A DNA stretch of 63,996 bases, filler included, from Catajapyx aquilonaris (Eukaryota), in the NCBI GenBank assembly GCA_000934665.2. It is 3 parts of 3 records of this genome, joined end to end, with 100 filler letters (N's around TTAATTAATTAA, not from the genome) between each part and the next. Parts side by side here need not be neighbours in the genome. Positions count along the whole stretch, not along the records: positions 1 to 21,523 come from JYFJ02006044.1; positions 21,624 to 43,090 come from JYFJ02006045.1; 1 more part is not named here. One strand, given 5' to 3'. Below the pieces are notes generated by a model that had not been told where the DNA came from, searched no databases, and saw nothing but the letters and a program-made list of their open reading frames with translations. A program made the position numbers and the translations under genes. Shown one piece after another: positions 13,680-26,548 of this stretch (position 1 is its first letter; each line of letters begins with the position of its first letter).

Positions 13680-14066
13680 TTTTTTAGATATACCCCGTGC
13701 TAGAGCCATGGGTTCTCTTAGGGGAGTGGAATACCACTATCGTGCAGGGACAGGGTAGGGATAGGAGGGGGGGACACTGGTGCATGTGCAATGTGTCAAG
13801 TTGGGGGTCGTCTGCAGTCCCTCAGGGGGTCCGTTCGCCATAGATGCGGGTCAGAAACTCCCGACTGACCCGCACCTCCTCCAGGACAGGGAACGGAAGG
13901 AAGCGGCTGTGGCCTATTTTACGGTACGATCCCGGAAATTATTCCTGGAGCGACCTTGGGAAACCACAGAAAACCAAGGTCAGGATCGCCGGCCTCCGGG
14001 ATTCGAACCCAGGACCTCCCGATTAGCAGTCGGACACCATATCCACTACACCACTACTGCTTCGGT
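13680..14066 (-). mobile_element. tRNA-derived SINE, family A, full length
   Basis: Minus-strand A-box TGGTGTAGTGG and B-box GGTTCGAATCC. 20-bp TSD CATAAATAGAAGGTATACTT at 13660-13679 and 14067-14086. Confidence 0.9.
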
Positions 14067-14779
14067 CATAAATAGAAGGTATACTTGCAGTTAGGAACCA
14101 CACTGTTACATTAGTGATTGCATGTTGCACAAAAGGTTACCGATAATGCTTGGCAATAATCCATTGATCTTGAAAACGAAATTAATGCCGAATTTTGCTA
14201 ATTGCACGAAGAAAAGATGAAAATGCCAGCTAACGATAAGAGAGAGGCGTTGTACCTGCGATCCATTGAAAGTTGACGGGAAAATGAGCCAATTTACTCT
14301 GAGACGGACAGACTGCGTAATCCCGATACCGCACCGAATACTCCAGGATTTGAAATTTGCGGAAACCTCAACCGGATTTGAATGCAAGTGGATGAGACAC
14401 TGAAGCCGCCCAAGGCTGTTGCGTGCATGCCAAAGGAATGTTAATTGGTTTCTCCGCAACGTTGACTGGAAAATGGCCAACCGAAGCTTGTGTCAAAGTA
14501 ATATTGAAGCAGGCTACGTGTTTGACGGTATAAAAATAACCGCTGGTTATTACTGCTACCAGATCGGCCAGGATTTCAACTAGATCCTAGAGAAGGTATA
14601 ATTTATGCATTTTGTTTACTAGCTGTGGATTCTGCCTCGTGTTTATGACTGCTCCTTTTTCCCAGCTAAAAAATAGCTAGGAAAATTTGGTCTATTCAAG
14701 CTACTCTGGATAATGCTTAACGCCTCTATTAATCATCCTAGTCGTGGCCTCCTAATTAATCCGCAACTTATCCGAAAGT

Positions 14780-14781
<2 letters not shown>

Positions 14782-14856
<75 letters not shown>
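14782..14856. repeat. (GA)n microsatellite
   Basis: Read directly from the sequence. Confidence 0.95.
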
Positions 14857-14860
<4 letters not shown>

Positions 14861-17800
14861 CGTTGATAAGGGCATAGATGGCGCGAAATGAGTTTTGATC
14901 CAGTGTTAGGTCCGTAATTGAATTCCTAAAAGGAAGCGGCTAATAGGAACCCTTCAGCGTTCCCAAGCCCACCCACCTAACTTCCCCCACCCCCTTGTTC
15001 ATGTGTACCCACACACCGAGTTATTTAGAAAATTAAAAACGTGCTTGGACGCAATAAGCTTTCATTCCTCGTGCTCCATAAGTAGGAAATGAGAAATAAT
15101 GTAGCATCATTTACGCTGTTGGCGGTCTGGAAACTCTGATCAACTCTCGTGCATCCTACATGTTTTTATACCTACCCTCTCCTGAATTATGCAAAGTACA
15201 AGGGGAAGGATTATAATCAGCACACCGACACTAATGTACATTCATTCAGTCCAAGAAGCCTGATATTATTAGTTGATTACAGTTAAATGAACTTAATACT
15301 TGGGGAAAATAATATTACCCACTGACATTGCAACAAGAAATAATCGGTCTACAGTGTAGCTATAATTATGTAATTAGTATTACAATAATGATTTAGCGCC
15401 ATAAGAGTCGAGCAAGGGATGACAGCTGCAGTGCTTTAGAATTTGTAATAATGATAGTTATAAACAGACTTTTGAAAAGAAGCCCCCCACTCTTTTTAGT
15501 AGTGAAACTGGGTGTCTTTTATGCCCAAAATATTCGTACGTTATAGCTTATAGCAGTGACGTAAGGTCAATATAATCGTCGATATCTTTGTAGAGATTCC
15601 CCCTACAAAAAATGATAAAGATCGCATTTTCGCAAATTGTTATTATCTTTCACTTTGTTCTTATGAAAAATTCACATAATGCAGTCATTTAGAGATAAGC
15701 CTAGAAAACATTTTTTCGCCGCCATTCTTCAAGATGGCGGCGGTTTCCCTAGCACTAATTGATGTGAACTTTGGATGTGTTATTCTGCAAATTGTTTGTA
15801 CACAATGGTGAAAAATTCATTTCTATTGCAGTTTTTAAAATCCCAACCCATATCTTTCCTGGACTTACAATAAACGTTTAGGTGCTCCTTAGACGAATGA
15901 GGCCAGCACTCACATTCACACAGTTTCTAGTTGGAGGTATAGGCACTACTCCAACAATCTGGATAAGTTGCACTGTCTTATTTGCACAGTTATGAACGAT
16001 CGGTTTCACGTTACCACACAGATGGGGACCAACAGCGTGCCATATTTATCTCCAACTAGGTCTACAATTATATGTGTTGAAGATGTAGTCAGGGATTTTC
16101 TTTTAGTGTATAGTACGAGAATGGTTTCCTATTCAGTCGAACACGGGAGAAGCTTCAGTCGATGTCTACATTTCAGTCCAGCTTTATTAACCCTTTCCTT
16201 TTGTAACATGAACATGTAAGAAAAAACGGTTGCTCTTTAACATGCTGCTCAAGTATTTTTCGTTACTTGAGACATTAAAATAAATTCTTCTGGTCTCGCT
16301 TCGAAGAGTTAATTTTACACGTACCAAGTAGTAAGTCTCTTAGGCAATTTAACTGTATGGATGTCAAGGATATTACTGTATAGGTGTAGGGACTGTAGGC
16401 TATAGACACTAATCTGGCAGTACAGAGATTCTCGCTGTCAATGGCCTAGTTAAATGGCCTAGTGTCAATGGCCTAGTTAAGAACCAACCTGGAGCGTCGC
16501 AAACCATTACCTAACATATTTTGCTCATCCCTGCCGGGTTAGTTCTCTACACTATTTAGGTATAATCAGAATGATGTGAGTGTGCACATTTTATGTAACC
16601 TACAAAAATTATGCATAACAAAATCGCTTGACATCTATCAGTGCCATAAAAATTGAAATGATGTTACTGGAGGATTAGGCGATTTCTGAAGCCATTAAAA
16701 ACCTGAAACAATCGCAAAATCGCACCACTATACTGCACTGCACTGTGGCCATTTAAGTTAAGTTCTATCAGGTCAGTACTCCTGTGGCTGTGGGTAAATC
16801 CAGTCATGGACACATAGGTGAAAATAACTTGCGTGGTGCAAGTTATATTAATAGCAAAGACACAACATTATATTACAATCAACATGAGCCACACATAATA
16901 TTTGCACCCGTTATTGAATGCAGCTCCTATACTTTGCAATTCTAACTTCCACTTTTCTGAGACTAAGGGTATCTATGCCAGCAGGATTAGAACCCTCCTG
17001 TGGAACACCCTGTAATGTTGCTATCTGCACGACTGTGCTTGAGTATAAGTGGATCCTAGGGCATAGAGATTTTTTCCTTTGCGAAATTAGCCAGAACACT
17101 ATTCGCTTTAGCCTATTACAAGTCTCATCTGGAAGGATTAAGAGGGTAGAATGGTGACTGAAGGATATTCAGATGATACGGTACTTAAAAAATTCATTTG
17201 TGGGCCTCATGTTTTTTCATCAAACTCAAGGCCTCGATATCTTGTGAATACGCATAAATTGTAAGAGGCACTTCAGGCTTATGTTATTCATCTGGAATCC
17301 AGATAATTTCATCAAATTCCATCGCTTTGTTCCAATTCGGTCTTCTGAAGGCAAGCTGTCAAAAATGCCTACTAAGGTTTTCCTTAGGCTAGTAGAGACA
17401 CGCGCATTATTATGATTGTGTAACATAAAAAATATTCCCTAACTATGGCAATTTGTCGGCAGGAAACCTCAGAGAACGACAAAAATCATTGTATAGGAAT
17501 GCATATTTTCTCTAATCTCCAATCAAAACTGGCATAAAGGCAATATTGCTTTGAACTAATCCACTTCTAAAATTTTTTTGGTTTTTTTTAGGCATACACG
17601 TGAAAAGGCCACACAGCAGGCTATGCCCTGTGCTCATAGCAACTCTTGCCGCGGCAACCGGTAACCATGGCAACGGGGTTACCGTAGAATAGAAAGCCAC
17701 ATAATTATGTCGTGGCCTTCTCATGTGTCATTCAGTCCAATGCCGTTTCTCCTCATTTTTGCCCCAGGTCGCTACGGACACCCTTACCATGTGCACCGAA

Positions 17801-18321
17801 GGTGCATCCATCGCAAGCCCTGTTTATGCACCGTATGTGCATTAACTAACAGGCTTGTACGGTATTAATATAAATTGTAAATAATACCAGGCTTATTGCA
17901 TCCTAGACATCAACGCAACGCCAAGATAAAAAATTATTTCCTTTTATTTCAAATTTTATGTACCGGTACGTGTTGTATGATATATGCTTTCAAAATAGTT
18001 CAGGTAAGTGTCCCAGTGGTGGACACGTTAAGGAAAAAAATATTGCGTCAGACACTCTTTCCAGGGGAATTGGTTTAAGAATTCCTCGGAAAAAAATATC
18101 TTTCGAATCGTCGTGACTTGCGTTTTCATCCAATGTATACTCATGCCACATTAAACAGCGGAATTTTGTGTAAAAATGTTTCATAATATGCAAGTGTGCA
18201 AATGCTACAGTTATGGACACCACTCATGTTCCAGTAATGGACACCCTCCGTATACCGTATTTACTGCTGTTGTGTCACTATCATCAGGGAAGGGCAGGTT
18301 TCACGTCATGTCGGGTTAGTA

Positions 18322-18604
18322 CAGTGGTTTCCAACCGGGGGGGGGGNGGGGGGTCGCGGGAAGGGTCACGGCGGTGTCGCGAGCCTTGGTTCAACTTTTT
18401 TTTGTGCAATTTCTGTGTCAATTGAACCACTTTTGCGACCGTACAGAGTGTATGTTTTCTGAAAAGGGGGCAGTTGTAGAAGGGGCCGGGGAGGGGAGGA
18501 AGGAGGGGGGGGGTCGCAGTGCGACCCCCCCACGCAGTGCGACCGTCGCACATTTATGGAAACATGTTGAGGGGTCGCAGTTGGTAAAAGGTTGGAAACC
18601 ACTG
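18322..18604. mobile_element. hAT (Charlie-like) MITE
   Basis: TIR CAGTGGTTTCCAACC, perfect 8-bp TSD GGTTAGTA, and repeated GGTCGC subterminal motifs. Confidence 0.9.
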
Positions 18605-19119
18605 GGTTAGTATAACTAATAGAGTGATTAGATTTTATTCTGAATAATCATCCACTACAATAATTATCACACGTACAATCGTACATGGATGGATCTTGAG
18701 TAACTGCACTTTTAAATTTTTATAAAACACGTGTACACTGAAAATCGGAGATGACTTTTTCATGAGCTTCCCAGTCACAAAGTAGGTCACGAAGGGTAAA
18801 CACGTGGCGATCAGGCAGGAGGCAGCCCAATGAAGGGATGTGAAATGTTGCCAGATGTACTACTTTCTCGCCACATTGCGGCATCCCTTTGTATTTTTAG
18901 CTGTCCAGTCTCGGGTGTCAAATATGGCCCAATATCTATAATGGTCTACACGGGGTGTCCATCATTGGAACATCAACGTTTTTTGGGGCCCACTAGTGGA
19001 CACCCCAGCTAAAACTTTCTTTACATGAGATTTACCCAAAAGGACATCAAATTTGGAAAACTTCAAGCATTTATATGCTTTTCCACTCAAAATACCCGAA
19101 GTAACACTTCAGTCAACTT

Positions 19120-19520
19120 TAAAAAAATACCCCGTGCTAGAGCCATGGGCTCTCTTAGGGGAGTGGATTACCACTATCGTGCAGGGACAGGGTAGGGATA
19201 GGAGGGGGGGGGGACAATGGCGCATGTGCAATGTCATGAAGTTGGGGGTCGTGTGCAGTCCCTCAGGGGGCCCGTTCGCCAAGGTGACCCCCTAGATGCG
19301 AGTCGGAAATCTCCCACTGACCCGCACCTCCTCCAGGGCAGGGAAAGGAAGGAAGCGGCTGGGGCCTATTTTACGGTACGATCCCGGAAATTTTTCCTGG
19401 AGCGACCTTGGAAAACCACAGAAAACCAAGGTCAGGATCGCCGGCCTCCGGGATTCGAACCCAGGACCTCCCGATTAGCAGTCAGACAACATATATCCAC
19501 TCCACCACTACTGCTTCGGT
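19120..19520 (-). mobile_element. tRNA-derived SINE, family A, full length
   Basis: Near-identical to 13680-14066. Imperfect TSD GTAACACTTC(AGTC)AACTT. Confidence 0.9.
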
Positions 19521-21523
19521 GTAACACTTCAACTTATTTGTATGCAAGGTTTTAATTTCTTTGTGTCACTTACCGAAACCACTAAGAAAAACACCATTTC
19601 AAGGCAAATATTGTAGGTGACATGATCACGCGCTTTTCGTTCACTAAGTAGTCCATGAATGGTACACAAGTTGCGATCTGTCAACCCCAAAGGGATGTGA
19701 AATGATGCCGAATGTCTCATTTACACTCAATATTGCCGCGTTCCCTTATTATTAGCTTCCAAGACTCCGGTGTCCACTGGTACACTGTCCACCACTTTAT
19801 ATGGTTCATTGTCCGTCCTCCCAGGTCAGAGGAAGGAAATGTTATGGATTGTTTACCTCCAAAAACCGGTTGGCAACAATGATCCTGGCAAAGTGTACTT
19901 GTCATGATTAATTATTCATGTTAAACTGGGTTTTGAAGTTAATAATCAGTATATTTTTCACCTAGGCTACCCACTTTTGACCTGGGGACTTGGTCTGTGC
20001 ACCAGTTGTACTGTAGATAATATCATCACTGAAATAAAATCCTGCAGTTATGTCGTGGATATGATCAGCCGTTAGCGATAATATTCTAATACTCGAGCAA
20101 CCCTACACAAACTGTCAAAGTTGGTACGGAAAGGTGTCGAGCAAAAAGCAGTGCTGCATCCAAAATACGCAGCTGCACAGTAATGGCCACTTTCACGCGC
20201 TTGACATTGCTCATTACGCCTATTTACACTGAATTGGTTAACCGCATTGGCCAACCGAAATCGTGTCAATGAGCAGCTGCCGAGGTGAGGAAATTGATGG
20301 AAAGGGACACAAAGTATCGCGGCAAATGAATCGGTTCGACTACTCTAGCTGCTAGCTGCAGAAGAAGAATGATGTATATGGACGAGACAGGATGATAATG
20401 CCAAGCGAGGCGAGAACGGATATGTCACAGTAGTTGTTGCATTTGTGCCGAAAATATTATCTGGAAGTTCTTGTCACACGCTCATTATTTATGTATGAGA
20501 CCACCATTTTTCATTCACACTGGCTAGAGTACTAACCATATTTTTCATTTCTCAATGAAATGCCCATATTATACTTATGTAGTGGGGTCATTCCATGTCA
20601 ATTCACCGAGCCCCCTGACCCTTGGGTTGTCAGATTTTGACGAAAATCGGCGAATCGCTTTAATTACGTCTTTCAAAAATACCACTTGCGCGGTTTTGAG
20701 ATTTACCCCCCCTCCCCGGAGATAGGCCCACCGAAAAAAACGTCATTTTCGGAAGGTAGGGTTTCAGAAATCGGTCATATCTCGTGAACCAATTGAGCTA
20801 CAGACGTCGTAGACCGCTCCCTTTGAAGAGATTCGAGAGCCCAATCTCACTAAGGATTGAAAATTCGTATTTTGACTTTTTTGAAAATTTTGTCCCATTT
20901 TCAAAATTTCATTTTTTTTTTTTTATCCGCCTAATTTAAAAATCCGATTTTTAAATAATGTTGTAGCTCAGACCCTTTCCCTCACATAGAAAAAATCTCA
21001 GGAGGACTGTTTTGATTTAAGGAAAATAATTGCATTTGAAGGAACGCATGTGCGCCTTGAAAGTACGCAATGGGGCCTAATATAGGCCCTAATCAGTCCC
21101 AGAATGATCTATGAACAGAGTTCTCTAAATAGACACTGTCTAATGGGATGACTAACAGTGTTTTAGAGGAAATGCATGGCATTCATGGCAAAAAATGCTC
21201 ATTTTATAATTTTGGCGCAATGATTACAAAAAATGTTAATAAATTGCCATTTTTACATTAATTTCCGTTACTATGGGACATGGGTGTGCTGGATGTCGGT
21301 TTTCTCTGGCCGAGTCCCTTCGCCTTTGCCTTGAAACAAAGAAAAACCAAAATATGCATTCACAATTACCTTCACAGCTGCGTAAAATGGAAATAGAATG
21401 GTAGTTACATGGTTTAATGGTTTAGTACAGAGACGTAGTGTGGAGTGGCCAGATGAACACGGAGAGTTGCAAGGGGGGAGGCTCCACCCGGTCCCTGATT
21501 GGTCATATTTAAAATTCTCAGCA

Positions 21524-21623
21524 NNNNNNNNNNNNNNNNNNNNNNNNNNNNNNNNNNNNNNNNNNNNTTAATTAATTAANNNNNNNNNNNNNNNNNNNNN
21601 NNNNNNNNNNNNNNNNNNNNNNN
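21524..21623. other. Assembly gap spacer (44N + TTAATTAATTAA + 44N)
   Basis: N runs with a six-frame stop linker; identical format at 43091. Confidence 0.95.
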
Positions 21624-22612
21624 CCGGACACGGGTTCCTATGTCAAAAATACTTGTCTTGGTCCCCTCTATTATCCCTGAAAGTCTTTGCAGAGTTACAA
21701 TAGACACCCTGTATATAATATTGTAGTGGACCCCTTGCCACCAGCAGGGACCATGGCCAGACAAGGCAGTGCCCGAGTTCCAGAACACGTCAGTTCTCTC
21801 TAACATTTTATTCTAGAATGAACCCTAATTCTTGTTGCTACACAACAACAATAACACAATGTGGCCAACAGGACCACTACAATATAATTATAATTGGCTA
21901 GGTGTGTTTGTGGAGTGGGAGGCATGGGTTTGCTTGGGGAGGGGGGTGTGGGCTACCAAAGGAGTCTTACATGTGTCGTACTCTCGCCAGTGATCATCCC
22001 AACTTGAATATCAACATTTGCACTGAGCAAGGTGGGGCGATTTGCATGTTGGGTGTACCCATCATAATGACGACATATATGGAGGGGGTCTCGCTTAAGA
22101 GGCCCAATCTTCCTTAGTATTATACTAGCCAACATGACTGATATGGCCACATGTAGTTCACATGTTGGGCTACAACATACGTGAAAACCAGCGAAAAATA
22201 AAGGGGTATAATTTTAAAAATTAAATGTTTAAAATTTGCAATTTCAATCTTTTTAACGCAAAAAGGTAGTGTCCGGGTTGCGCGCACCTAGGCAACATTG
22301 CATGCATTTCGTTCAAAATCGATACAATCCGATACCACTAACATCTTTTAGTATTTTTAATTGTTGCAGCCATCTTGCAGCAAATACGGTACTGTAAGGG
22401 GCTCTTAGGTACAATAATCGAGCGTACCGAGCAGAAAAGCCCACAGTGGTTCATACCAGCTAGCAACCAACTATATACTTTAAATCCAAAAGTATTTGAA
22501 GTATATATTGTTTTTGCAAAAAAAGAAGCCTTCTATATATTATTTCTATATTTTTACGCTCTCCATTGTATATGTATAAATCACAAGTGTGTAGAGGAGG
22601 TAGCGTAAAGGC

Positions 22613-22763
22613 CAAGGGGGTAATCACTCGACTGAAAAGTGTACGGCACTGGAGTACCAAATTCAAGGAGTACCACGGAGTAATAAAGAGTGAGGTGCCT
22701 GAGGAGTACCAGGGAGTACCACTCCCAGGTGTACACCGGAGTACCGAAGTGATTACCCCCTTG
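22613..22763. mobile_element. 151-bp P-element-like MITE
   Basis: TIR CAAGGGGGTAATCACT, perfect 8-bp TSD GTAAAGGC, and an internal GGAGTACC motif repeated 5 times. Confidence 0.8.
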
Positions 22764-23699
22764 GTAAAGGCTCCCAATTTTGCTTGAGCAATATATTAGT
22801 AGTTGTATGTAGTACGTTCATATAATAAAAATGTATGATAAATGTTACATATTTTGACGTCGGTTTTGCTTGTAATTAAAGATGCACAGTACAGGCCGCA
22901 GCACAATAATGATCATTGGGAGACTAATATTTTACTAATTATTATAATACGTTCACATTTATGATATTTGGTGGTTGGTCACCTGGTTTGAGGGATTTAA
23001 GACTATTGGAACAGGAATGGGAGGGGCAAGGGGAGGAGACATAAGATTCTTTGGATTTGGCATGCGTTTTGTGAAGCCAAAACATGTGGAAGGCGAAACA
23101 TTTTAGCACTTTTTTGCAGTACCGGTACTGCAGGATCACAATATACGTATTGGTAATTGAAACTATATTCATTTTTCGGTCACATGTGGGTTTAAGACAC
23201 ATTGAAAATAATATGTTGGCATGTGACCTATAGCTACCAATATTTCAGATCAGCGGGAAGTATAGCCATGAAAGACGACATTCTGAGAAAACTCGCGGAA
23301 TGTTATGGACTGCCCATAATAATACACAATTTTAGTATTTTGCTCTCCCTTATTGTGGTCAGGATGGCAGATTTGGTATTCAATATGTCAGATGGAATTA
23401 CGTGAATTTTGACCCTGCTTCCCTCTTTTATGAGATTTAGTAGGCTATAGAGGGTCAACAACAGTGTCGTTCCTCGAATAATTTTTTCACACAAGTTTTT
23501 CTCTCAGTCATTTTGTCACCTTATGTATAATTATGGTAGGGCTCCAAAACTACACATGTTGATCACTGTAAACACGCATTGAATTTTGTTTTAAAAAGCC
23601 CAATGATGTGTCTTCAAGCGCATGCATTTAAATGCCTTGATTATTTTGACTACCTTCGTTTGTTAGTTGCAATTTTTGATTTGGTACACGATTGAAATA

Positions 23700-24025
23700 C
23701 GCTGTACTCCCGATTATCCGTGTTGCGATTATCCGTCCATCGCCAAAAAATCACATTTAAAATTAACGTCCGAAAAAAATGTGTCGAATTTTCATTCTAC
23801 TGCTATAGATACTGTGTGACAGAACCTCTCCCTGTCCATCTCTCCTGTCCATCTATTGACGAGAAGAACAATAACAATATACACTTTGTACAGTAGTACC
23901 TACATTAAAATCCTTTGAATATCCCATTTTTTACGATGTCTAGGGCCATTTTCCGATTATCCGTGTTTCCCGATTATCCGGCAACACCCGTGCAGTCATT
24001 ATCCCGGATAATCGGGAGTACAGTG
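23700..24025. mobile_element. pogo/Tigger-type MITE
   Basis: TA-C(G/A)CTGTACTCCCGATTATCCG ends with repeated CGATTATCCG motifs. A partial copy lies at ~33605-33652. Confidence 0.8.
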
Positions 24026-24474
24026 TATTGCAAATTGTTCAACTGATTTTTGTTGAACTTCAAAAGGCCTCAGCTGCCTCAGCTAAGAAGGAACTGAATA
24101 CTGTCAACATTTATTGTTATTTCTATTTTCACAGCAATGCAATGGTAAATGAGCCTATTTTTAGTTGCACCTATTTTATTGAAATTGACATTTAATAAAA
24201 TTGATGAGGTTGCCCATTGTAATGATCCGCACACTGCACTGCACATAGTATTGGGCTTATCATTGATTTCATTAAATGTCATTTTTAAATAACAAAATGA
24301 ACGAGTTTAAATTGGACTTCATTTACCACTGCTATAAAAATTAGGATTAAAGTTTCCTCAAACTCCATCAAACTCCTGTGACAAACTAAAGTTCAAAAAA
24401 TCGAAAATTCGTAGCAATTAGTTTGACCACCGTTCTCACGTCAGTTGATTATCAGTTTTAAAATTACTAAATAG

Positions 24475-24540
24475 TGAAAAAAAACGAAACCTATATAGAA
24501 TAATAATATTATTATTCTATATAGGTTTCGTTTTTTTTCA
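24475..24540. repeat. 66-bp perfect AT-rich palindrome
   Basis: TGAAAAAAAACGAAACCTATATAGAATAATAAT|ATTATTATTCTATATAGGTTTCGTTTTTTTTCA, with no spacer. Confidence 0.95.
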
Positions 24541-25041
24541 TTCGCACCTTCCTGCAGAATTTCCACGAATTTTAACTGCCGGAGTAAAATGTGCATCCTA
24601 CAGATTCCATCTCTTATTTTTTGCTTTCGCCTTATTCCCCTGTGTCACAATAGAAAGTGATTGATTTCTTTTGACGGGCGAAAACAGCATGTTATTTTAA
24701 TCTCCTCGCCAGTCGCCATGAGGTCACACTTAATGTTTATGCGTGGTCTTGCTTTACGATGCGATTACATGAAGGATTCCAATGATATCAAGAGGATAAG
24801 GGCCTAACGTGTACTTGCAGAGTTGTAGTGCTGCGTATGTATAAACTCTACTTGGACACTGCTATCAAAACAAGGCTGAATTTTGAAGGGGGATAAGAAT
24901 GATGTCCCCAAAATTACTTTTATCCAGGCCCACTTGGATGGAAGTAATTCTCTGACTAACTGCACTTTTAAAATATTGTCACAGTAAATGGTATAATGAA
25001 CTTTGTTGATAGATTGCTGTGACTCATACAAGTTCTATTTG

Positions 25042-25105
<64 letters not shown>
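25042..25105. repeat. (TCTA)n microsatellite
   Basis: Read directly from the sequence. Confidence 0.95.
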
Positions 25106-25106
<1 letters not shown>

Positions 25107-26548
25107 TTAACTACAGTATTATTAGCCTTTTATTAGCCAAAATTATGACTGTAAAAGGCAGGGTAATATTGGATGCAGCCTGTGTCTGTCTCCAAGGGTT
25201 TTTTTTTGACAGATTTTTGGTCTCCCGAATGTTACGGGACTGTTCATTGCAGTAAACACATTGTTTGAAGAGCAATAACAGCATGGGGTGATTGATTCAG
25301 TGTACAGTATAAACTCACTGGTGCATAAAAATAAATATTCCACCCAGAGGCTAGAACCATATTGACAACCCACATTAATTAGGTCACTCTCGCCAAATTT
25401 CAAAATTTTGACGTGTCTGCATTGGTGGCTACTATCCTATATTTCTTATCAATTTCTTATGCGATATATCTTATACAGGATGCAATGGAGGATTTAGATG
25501 CGGGCACGGGGGCACATGCCCCCCCCCCCCCCCNGGAGAAGAGAGGGGGGGGGGGGGGGGGGGGGGGGGGGGAACTCATGCAAACCCTCTAGAACTCTAT
25601 GGGTTCGTTTCCGTTTTGCGGTCGCGACCCCAAATTTGGGGCGATTGAAAAAAAAAATCACATTGAGCTCACCTTCGTTTCAAGTGAACAATGCAACATG
25701 TACTATATCGCTCAAAAACAGAGAGACGATTTTGCATTTGATTCAAGTGCAGGCTGCACTGGAGCCAAATGCAAAATCGTCTCTACAACTACTGTAGGCT
25801 ATACGTCTTAGTTCCTTGCTTGGTTCTAGACGGTTCTAGATGTAGCAAGACATTTTAATCAGTGGTTAAACTATAGTGCATTGACTTTTGCCGGTGAAGA
25901 GTCATGTCTGGATTGTCCAATGTTTGACCGTAGAGCAGTACTCAATGACGGACTGCACTGATACTTTTCATGCATAAGCAATGACTTTGCTCTGAGCAAG
26001 TAGGAACCAAGGCAATGTGTTCAGGAACAGTATGGTGACCTTTACCCCTTGATTGCCGTTCTACCCCCCAAAAGAGTCCACGTATCCACTCTGCGGTTTC
26101 CTTCCACCTGATTGCAGCTATCTATATACTGATTTGAGACTGCAATAACACATTACTTACCACTGTAAATGATATACAATAATTCTGTTCTGTAATAAGT
26201 TGTAACAATATCCTCATGAGCGAGTAGGCCTATAGGCAAAGATGAAATGTGTGCACCTTTTGGTAGGAACTCTACGTTGCATGGAGCAATCCTCTTCATG
26301 GGGTAGGCCTACCTTTTGCCATAGATATCCCGATAAATCATGTATAACTGAATAGTCAAAATAAAAAGGTTTCTACGTATTTAAAACTTCGTTTTACTTC
26401 CTATAAAAACATCCTCCATTTGGATACATCTCAAAGTTAAGTTTCAATGCCTGGTGGCTTATTACCGCAACAACGACATCATTCGGTATTGCACAATCGT
26501 AGATTAAATAATATAATATTGATATAAATAGACGAGACGAGACTTCCA

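Noticed and set aside
13980..14066. tRNA-like sequences (also ~5930, 19440, 38940, 41920, 53200)
   Set aside because: These are SINE heads attached to repeated bodies, several with TSDs; no clean cloverleaf.
21568..21579. TTAATTAATTAA motif (also 43135-43146)
   Set aside because: Artificial linker within N spacers.
25520..25572. G/C homopolymer runs with a single n (several sites) as G-quadruplex elements
   Set aside because: Run lengths are unreliable, and most sit in MITE subtermini.
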